In this document: in pieces, positions 58,398-64,000 of the stretch
Numbering within the stretch: position 1 is the stretch's first letter
How the letters are laid out: each line of letters begins with the position of its first letter
NCBI GenBank assembly: GCA_000996205.1
Contig: LBYO01000004.1
Span: 4,051 to 68,050, forward strand
Length of the DNA stretch: 64,000 nucleotides
Origin: Parcubacteria group bacterium GW2011_GWA1_40_21
GTDB lineage: Bacteria > Patescibacteriota > Minisyncoccia > Phycocordibacterales > GWA1-40-21
Direction of reading: 5' to 3'
Notes under the pieces: model-generated
The model's input: only the letters and a program-made list of their open reading frames with translations
Databases searched by the model: none
Told to the model about the DNA's origin: nothing
Program-made: the position numbers and the translations under genes

Positions 58398-59417
58398 CTA
58401 TTTTTTGGCAATACCAGCGAGTTTCATATCCAAAAGATCGGATATTAACTTGGCTAATTTGGGATGGGGCTGTCCGTTTATTTCAATCCAGCGTTCCCCG
58501 TCAATCATAGACGGCACATATATATAAATTCCCAAAGTTTTAAATCCTCCCTCCTTCATAATTTTACCATTCTCATCCATGTACGCCGCACAGCCACCGC
58601 TGAATTCATTAATTTTCTCATCCTCTATGGAAGTGTCCAGTCTGGAAAATTTATTTTCAGGAATAATATAAATCAAATCTTTCTCTTCTTCGCTTCCATT
58701 TATTTTACCGTTGTCAATAGTCTTGACTTTCAACTTAACCATCCCTTCCAACTCTTTTCTGTTCATAGCATCGCCTTTGACTTGGATAAGCATATTGATT
58801 TTATCTTCCTTGTCTATCGCAATCATATCTATTGATTTCTCCACATCATCTTTAGGCGCGCTGTAAGTGAAATCCATTCTGTTTTTTTTGCCGCTTTTAT
58901 CTCTATTGTATTTATTATCCAAAATATTCCTCAAAGCTATCGGCGCCAGCACTCCGTGCTTTAAAGTTTCTCCTCTAACAATAGTTTTGTTTTTTTCCAC
59001 CTTAAAGAGATCGTCATACAAATCCCAATAATCTTCCAATAAAATAAAATTATTTTCGTTATTCTTTATGAAAAAAGCCATTTCTTGTTGAAATTTCGCA
59101 TTCTCAATTCTAACATCTTTATCCCTTTCTCCATTTTTTCTGGTCGCTTTATCTCTTAAAATCAATTCCTCCACGCCAAATAAAAGGCTGGTTAGATGAA
59201 TTCTGTTCGGGTCTGTCAATTTTCCTAAAAATTTTTCTTTTCCAGACAAGATTTTTGCGCGATAATCTTCATCATCGCCTTCTCTCTCCTCGCGCAAAGA
59301 CATAATTTCCTCCTCAATCTTGCGAAGGAGGTTTGGATAAGAAATTGAATCTAAGTTTTCAAAATCAGCCTCTTTCGGTTCGTCTTCCAAGAGAATTCCT
59401 CCTGGATGTGTCTTCAA
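58398..59417 (-). CDS. hypothetical protein (possible PD-(D/E)xK-like nuclease motif, weak)
   Basis: 339 aa, acidic N-terminus. 'SIDMIAIDKEDKINMLIQVKG' is loosely PD-(D/E)xK-like. I see no other motif. Confidence 0.4.
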   Translation of the reverse strand: MKTHPGGILLEDEPKEADFENLDSISYPNLLRKIEEEIMSLREEREGDDEDYRAKILSGKEKFLGKLTDPNRIHLTSLLFGVEELILRDKATRKNGERDKDVRIENAKFQQEMAFFIKNNENNFILLEDYWDLYDDLFKVEKNKTIVRGETLKHGVLAPIALRNILDNKYNRDKSGKKNRMDFTYSAPKDDVEKSIDMIAIDKEDKINMLIQVKGDAMNRKELEGMVKLKVKTIDNGKINGSEEEKDLIYIIPENKFSRLDTSIEDEKINEFSGGCAAYMDENGKIMKEGGFKTLGIYIYVPSMIDGERWIEINGQPHPKLAKLISDLLDMKLAGIAKK

Positions 59418-59442
59418 ATGATTCCATAATTTGTATTATATC

Positions 59443-59549
59443 CCAAAATTACAAAATGCAAAAATTCAGGTCTGGTTGAGCAAAAACATTTAAAGATAAA
59501 CAGCTTTTGCGACCCGAGGACCTGAATTTTTGCATTTCGTAATTTGGGG
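59443..59549. repeat. MITE-like palindromic element, copy C
   Basis: ccaaaattacaaaatgcaaaaattcagg…cctgaatttttgcatttcgtaatttgggg. Near-identical to copy A. Confidence 0.6.
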
Positions 59550-59577
59550 CATAATAAACACTCCTCAATTAAAATTA

Positions 59578-60267
59578 TCACATTTCGTAAACAACATCCT
59601 TTCTCTCCACGATTACTCTCCAGCCTTTCTTTTTTGCGCGCAAATATAGCTTTGAGTTGGGGTTGAAGCATATAGGCTCCGCGACCATTTCAAGAAAAGA
59701 AATATCGCCTTCCGTGTCCCCCACCCCCACCGAATTTTCCAAAGTCAAATTTTCTTTTTCAACGGCGCGCTTTACTATATTGGCTTTGTCTTTGATTAAT
59801 TCTTCGCTTATGACATTTCCCGTCAATTTTCCCGCCGAATCGGTTTCGTAGAATCTCCCGTACACTTTGTCAAAACCCAACTTTTCACAGAATCCGTCCA
59901 GTATTCCTTTAGGCGACTGCGAAATGGCTAAAATAAAATATTTCTTTTTCTTTAACTTTGAAATCAAATCCCGAGTGTAGCGGTATGTCCTGTTTTTGTA
60001 TCTTTCAATCACGATTTTCGCGGCGCGGTCAAAATCTTCATAAGCAATTCCTTTGATATTTTTCATAAAAACTTGCACCACCGCGTTTATATACGACTCA
60101 TAATCTCCCCTCCGGTCAAGCCACTCATTTTCCTCCATCTCGTATTCTTTGCGCGCGGAAAAATCAAAAAGCTTATTTTCAATCATAACTTCCACGAGCT
60201 CAATCAAAAGGCTTGAGCGGAAAATAGTCCCGTCAATATCAAATATAGCGACTTTCCTTTTTTTCAT
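59578..60267 (-). CDS. HAD-superfamily hydrolase (HAD-IB/SerB-like)
   Basis: 'VAIFDIDGTI' (DxDGT motif I) and the downstream 'GDTEGD' motif IV. Confidence 0.7.
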   Translation of the reverse strand: MKKRKVAIFDIDGTIFRSSLLIELVEVMIENKLFDFSARKEYEMEENEWLDRRGDYESYINAVVQVFMKNIKGIAYEDFDRAAKIVIERYKNRTYRYTRDLISKLKKKKYFILAISQSPKGILDGFCEKLGFDKVYGRFYETDSAGKLTGNVISEELIKDKANIVKRAVEKENLTLENSVGVGDTEGDISFLEMVAEPICFNPNSKLYLRAKKKGWRVIVERKDVVYEM

Positions 60268-60297
60268 ACAAGAAATAATAACATATAATTTTCATTG

Positions 60298-60369
60298 TGG
60301 ACGATACAGGGATTGAACCTGTGACCTTTCGCGTGTGAAGCGAACGCTCTACCGCTGAGCTAACCGTCC
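60298..60369 (-). tRNA. tRNA-Val (anticodon CAC)
   Basis: Reverse-complement cloverleaf: ggacggt…gctcagcggtagagc…ttCACac…ggttcaatcc…atcgtcca. Confidence 0.85.
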
Positions 60370-60442
60370 TTGATTTTTCACTTAACAAATTAATTGAATT
60401 ATGCACTCCGCGGCTTAAAACACAGCCCCGTCAATAAATCTA

Positions 60443-61102
60443 TCAGCTTTTCGGCAAGCCGAACGGGGATATTTCCAATTTTATCAATTCATCCCCTGTC
60501 GCCTTTCTAAAAATGAGTCCGGTCGCGCTAAGCATTATGCTGTTGTCCGACAGAGATTCCGGCGCGCCGTATTTTATGTCGCCAACAATGGGATGTCCGA
60601 TTGAAGAAAGCTGAGCGCGGATTTGGTGGGAACGGCCCGTGAGAGGTTTGATTTTTAGAAGAGAAAATTTGCCGTTTGATTCAATGACTTCATACGAGAG
60701 CTCTGACTCTTTTGTATCTTTGCTTGCCGATTTATGGACAAAAACTTTATTCCTATCTTCGTTTTTTTTGAGATGAGAAATAATCATTCCCTTCTTCCGT
60801 TCCATTTTTCCGAAAACAACGGCGTGATATGTTTTCCCCACTTCGTGATTCCTGAATTGCTCGGAGAGACGCGATGCTCCCTTGCTTGTCTTGGCGAAAA
60901 CCATTATTCCGGAAACAGGTCTGTCCAAGCGGTGAACAAGCCCCAAGAAAACATTGCCGATCTTTTTGTATTTTTCCTTGATATGCTTCTTAACCCAATC
61001 AAAGACAGACTCCTCGCCCGTCTCATCGCTCTGTGCGAGAATGCATGCCGGTTTGTAAACAGCGATAATATGATTGTCTTCGTAAAGAATTTTTAGGGTC
61101 AT
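60443..61102 (-). CDS. RluA-family pseudouridine synthase
   Basis: 'GLVHRLDRPVSGIMVFAKT' matches the HRLD…TSG catalytic motif. Confidence 0.8.
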   Translation of the reverse strand: MTLKILYEDNHIIAVYKPACILAQSDETGEESVFDWVKKHIKEKYKKIGNVFLGLVHRLDRPVSGIMVFAKTSKGASRLSEQFRNHEVGKTYHAVVFGKMERKKGMIISHLKKNEDRNKVFVHKSASKDTKESELSYEVIESNGKFSLLKIKPLTGRSHQIRAQLSSIGHPIVGDIKYGAPESLSDNSIMLSATGLIFRKATGDELIKLEISPFGLPKS

Positions 61103-61181
61103 TGTTTTAATTGTTTACTTGGTCTTTACTTTATGGACTTTTCCTCCGAAGGAGGATCCGCCTAAGGCGGAATAGACTTCT

Positions 61182-62069
61182 TTATAAACTTATTCTTCCC
61201 CATCTGGCAAAAATTCCGGCAGGCAACAGTCTGCCGCTCCCAGACTCCTCAATGGCAAGCTCCCCTTTCTCAATCGCTCCGCCGAATTTTTTCACGAGTG
61301 GCGACAGATTATTTTCATAAGCTATCGCCGAATACCCCGCCGAGTAGCCGTTTATCAAAAAGAAAATCGGCGTATCGGACAAAACATCTTCGCAGAGTTT
61401 CATAAGACCGAGAAAATCATCTTCTATCTTCCATAATTCTTTTTTCGGCCCATGGCCGAAAGCCGGCGGGTCCATCACGATTCCATTGTAGCGAACTCCT
61501 CTTCTTATTTCCCTTTTTACGAACTCGCGCGCGTCATCAAGTATCCATCGGACAGGCTTGTCCGCGAGTCCCGAAAGGACAGCATTCTCCTTTGCCCAAG
61601 TGATGGCGGATTTTGACCCGTCAATATGAGCAACTTCGGCACCGGCGCTAAGCGCCGCGAGCGTGGCTCCTCCAGTGTAGCCGAAAAGATTGAGAACTGA
61701 TACAGGCCGATTCAAATTTGCCGATTTTATTTTATCAATTATCCACCTCCAATTCGGCTCCTGTTCCGGAAATAATCCGGTATGCTTGAAAGCGGTCAGC
61801 TTTATGAAAAAGCTCAGCCCGCCTAATTCTATTTTCCATTTTTCGGGAACATTCGGCTTTTTCTTCCATCCTGCCTTAGCTCCGCTATGGGCGAAAACAG
61901 CATCGGCTTTCTGCCATTCAGCAATCGGCAAGCGCTTGTTCCACAACGCCTGCGGATCAGGTCTAGACAAGATAAATTTGCCGTATCTTTCCAGCTTTTC
62001 TCCTTCTCCGCTATCCAATAATTCATAATCCCCGCCAGCCAAAGTCTTAAGTATTTTCAATTCTTCCAT
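61182..62069 (-). CDS. class I SAM-dependent RNA methyltransferase (RlmI/YccW-like)
   Basis: 'VLNLFGYTGGATLAALSAGA' (motif I) and 'IVMDPPAFG' (motif IV). Confidence 0.7.
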   Translation of the reverse strand: MEELKILKTLAGGDYELLDSGEGEKLERYGKFILSRPDPQALWNKRLPIAEWQKADAVFAHSGAKAGWKKKPNVPEKWKIELGGLSFFIKLTAFKHTGLFPEQEPNWRWIIDKIKSANLNRPVSVLNLFGYTGGATLAALSAGAEVAHIDGSKSAITWAKENAVLSGLADKPVRWILDDAREFVKREIRRGVRYNGIVMDPPAFGHGPKKELWKIEDDFLGLMKLCEDVLSDTPIFFLINGYSAGYSAIAYENNLSPLVKKFGGAIEKGELAIEESGSGRLLPAGIFARWGRISL

Positions 62070-62310
62070 ATTTTGCCATTATATATTGAGAATTGCGATA
62101 TGTCATTCCCGCGCCGGCGGGAATGACAATTCAAAGTGTGTAATATTTATTCACAATCTCAATCAGCCTGTTCGTTATCTCTATATGCTCTTTTTCGTCA
62201 GTAATTATTTTTTATTTATTTCCTCTTTATCCAGTTCATGGTCTAGAAGCGGCATCAATTTTTCGCATAACCCCATCGCGCGGTATTCCGCCTCAAGGCC
62301 TTTCTTCAAA

Positions 62311-62610
62311 TCAAAAATTATGTCTTCCTTGGTATTTGTTGTAAATTTTCTGAATAATCTTTTTGTGCTCTATTGAATCTTCATAGAGTACTTTCATTCC
62401 TCTCCTTATCTCTTCTCTTTCCCCAGCTTTGACACAATCTTCCACGCCGAAATTTATGAGAGAAATATACAGAGAAATAAGAGTGTCTTCAACTTTTTCT
62501 TCTTCCATAAGAGTTTCAATCGCCGCCATAACTTTTTCATTTTTCATAGACAAATTATATATCCGCGTTCCTAAAAATGATAGCGCGGTTAAAAGATACT
62601 TATTATTCAA
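62311..62610 (-). CDS. hypothetical protein, possibly frameshifted at a T5 run (continues to ~62212 in the -1 frame)
   Basis: 99-aa ORF. Immediately after its stop, an open frame continues: FDLKKGLEAEYRAMGLCEKLMPLLDHELDKEEINKK. A single T indel in 'cataatttttgattt' would fuse the two. Confidence 0.35.
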   Translation of the reverse strand: MNNKYLLTALSFLGTRIYNLSMKNEKVMAAIETLMEEEKVEDTLISLYISLINFGVEDCVKAGEREEIRRGMKVLYEDSIEHKKIIQKIYNKYQGRHNF

Positions 62611-62679
62611 TTCTCGTGCCCTTCATAGGAGCAGAGGGCACTGAATTTTTATAGTCGTTTCATTCCTTAAAAATTAGTG

Positions 62680-62751
62680 GGTGACCAGAGAGAATCGAAC
62701 TCTCATTATTGCTTCCACAAAGCAAAGTCCTAGCCGTTGAACGATGGTCAC
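62680..62751 (-). tRNA. tRNA-His (anticodon GUG) with encoded G-1
   Basis: g-gtgacca…ttGTGga…gagagttcgattctctc-tggtcac-c. The extra 5' G pairs with discriminator C. Confidence 0.85.
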
Positions 62752-62753
62752 CA

Positions 62754-63266
62754 TTATTGTTTGTGTTTAAACAAAAACTTCTGTTTCTCTACATTATCAT
62801 AGTGAACCAATGAATGGCAATTGTGACAAAGCCAAATTAAATTTTTGACATTATTATTTTTGTGATTCTCATCAATATGATGAGTGGCCAGCACTCTGAC
62901 ATCTCTTTCTCCGCAATAATTGCAAATCTGCTTTATCTTATATCGTTTTAATATACTCTGATAAGAATTTTTACCATCTTTAAAATTCGCATGTTTTGGA
63001 CCGACAAATTCAGTATTTCTCCATTTGGTCTGACAAGATTTATTGCAAAAAAATTTACCGCTTTTTGAATGCCTTAATTGGGTCGCTGTTTTTAGCAATT
63101 CCTTATTACATATAAAACAAAATGCCTTATGTCTAACGCGAGTTCCTATATTTTTACAATTCCTTGAACAATATATACCCCAACCTTTTCTTACATTTGA
63201 TGGTCTTGGATAAAATCGAGTATTACAAATTTTGCAGAATGCAACTATCATATTATTTCTTTTCAA
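62754..63266 (-). CDS. HNH endonuclease with an N-terminal Cys-rich zinc-finger region
   Basis: C-terminal 'THHIDENHKNNNVKNLIWLCHNCHSLVH' (HNH). The N-terminus has CxxC…CxxC pairs. Confidence 0.75.
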   Translation of the reverse strand: MKRNNMIVAFCKICNTRFYPRPSNVRKGWGIYCSRNCKNIGTRVRHKAFCFICNKELLKTATQLRHSKSGKFFCNKSCQTKWRNTEFVGPKHANFKDGKNSYQSILKRYKIKQICNYCGERDVRVLATHHIDENHKNNNVKNLIWLCHNCHSLVHYDNVEKQKFLFKHKQ

Positions 63267-63744
63267 ATAATCTATTTTCTTCTTTTTTATAATGATGAAC
63301 TAAAAAATGACAGTTCCGACAAAGCCATATTAGATTTTGCGTATTATTATTTTTCCGATTTTTATCCAAATGATGGACACAAAGCATCTTAAGGTTGTCT
63401 TTGCCGCACAATTTGCAGATCTGTCTGGAACTTGTTCTTTTTAGCAGATTTTTATATGAAGACGATCCCCCAGTCCAATTCGGATTATTTGCCGCTCTCT
63501 GTTGTTTTCCTATCCACGCATTACCGCAAACCTGACCACAAAAGTATTTTCCGCTTTTTGAATTTTTTAAATCCTTTAATGATTTGTAAACAGTTTTATC
63601 GCAAGCAAAACATTGGACGGTCTTTCCTTTTCTTCTTCCCTGTTCTGAACAATATATTGAACAATAGTGCTTTGCGCTTAATTTTAATTGAGATTTTTTC
63701 TTTTTAAATTCCTGACCGCAAAGATCACAGATAATATTTTCCAT
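63253..63744 (-). CDS. HNH endonuclease (tandem paralog)
   Basis: 'VHHLDKNRKNNNTQNLIWLCRNCHFLVH'. Same architecture as 62754..63266, with a 14-nt overlap. Confidence 0.75.
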   Translation of the reverse strand: MENIICDLCGQEFKKKKSQLKLSAKHYCSIYCSEQGRRKGKTVQCFACDKTVYKSLKDLKNSKSGKYFCGQVCGNAWIGKQQRAANNPNWTGGSSSYKNLLKRTSSRQICKLCGKDNLKMLCVHHLDKNRKNNNTQNLIWLCRNCHFLVHHYKKEENRLFEKK

Positions 63745-63795
63745 GTCTCCATTGTATAAAAATCATAATTGAATGTAAATACCCAATTCTGTGGA

Positions 63796-64000
63796 TTATT
63801 TGTATCTGGGCGATTCCTCCTTTATCCTCGCCTTAAGATTTGATAGTCTGGCCAGCGCGTATAAAAGACTTGAGAGACGGTTAAGGTATGAAAGTGAATT
63901 GACTCCAACTTTTAACTTGCCTTCCTCGCTCACCTCCACTACCCTTCTCTCTGCCCTTCGGGCGATTGTTCTAGCAACATCAAACAGGGCGGATAATTCC
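63796..64000 (-). CDS. PduO/MMAB-type ATP:cob(I)alamin adenosyltransferase-like protein (C-terminal fragment; gene continues beyond the window)
   Basis: Manual translation gives …ELSALFDVARTIARRAERRVVEVSEEGKLKVGVNSLSYLNRLSSLLYALARLSNLKARIKEESPRYK*. 'RRAERR' and 'YLNRLSDLLF' are PduO-type signatures. Confidence 0.45.
   Translation of the reverse strand, partial: ELSALFDVARTIARRAERRVVEVSEEGKLKVGVNSLSYLNRLSSLLYALARLSNLKARIKEESPRYK

Noticed and set aside
62086-62376. 96-aa plus-strand ORF overlapping the 62311..62610 minus gene
   Set aside because: It overlaps a minus-strand frame that shows continuity across a likely frameshift, and its composition is low-complexity and hydrophobic.

Overview
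This 64-kb window is a low-GC, gene-dense bacterial chromosome segment, mostly transcribed on the minus strand. It has the look of a streamlined CPR/Patescibacteria-type genome: many aminoacyl-tRNA synthetases, housekeeping operons, large secreted surface proteins with lamin-tail/PKD/beta-helix domains, tandem HNH endonucleases, and almost no recognisable Shine-Dalgarno sequences.

Housekeeping genes I could recognise from motifs:
- Replication and recombination: ftsK, recA, ssb, recO-like, holB-like.
- Translation: efp, rpsF-ssb-rpsR, secE-nusG-rplK, frr, and the synthetases metG, glyQS, ileS, argS and proS.
- dTMP cluster: tmk, dCMP deaminase, a MazG-like protein and a ThyA-like protein.
- Cell shape and wall: mreBCD-mrdA(PBP2).
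- Proteases and stable RNAs: rseP, an M16 peptidase, a subtilisin, and four tRNAs (Leu-UAG, Leu-CAG, Val-CAC, His-GUG with an encoded G-1).

The genome also carries several families of short palindromic/inverted-repeat elements. They sit in nearly every intergenic gap, including gaps inside conserved operons, and at least one family is inserted in-frame inside ileS.

The most unusual observations are:
1. IleRS carries a roughly 200-aa complete histidine-phosphatase (PGAM-like) domain inserted between its zinc knuckle and the 'DLHRPYID' region. It also carries an in-frame palindromic-element insertion and a 7-bp coding microsatellite.
2. A ~105-bp MITE-like element with ~22-29 bp terminal inverted repeats occurs three times. 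Two copies in inverted orientation bracket a 1.45-kb two-gene cassette of unknown function.
3. An HD-domain gene is broken by a perfect 31-bp tandem duplication, next to a degraded RelE/YafQ-type toxin-antitoxin remnant.
4. A ThyA-like protein has an unexplained ~210-aa N-terminal extension.
5. There is a solo MazF/PemK toxin.
6. A 60-bp perfect palindrome sits in the divergent tmk/dCMP-deaminase promoter region, and a related palindrome recurs elsewhere.

All functional calls come from motif recognition by eye. No database searches were run.
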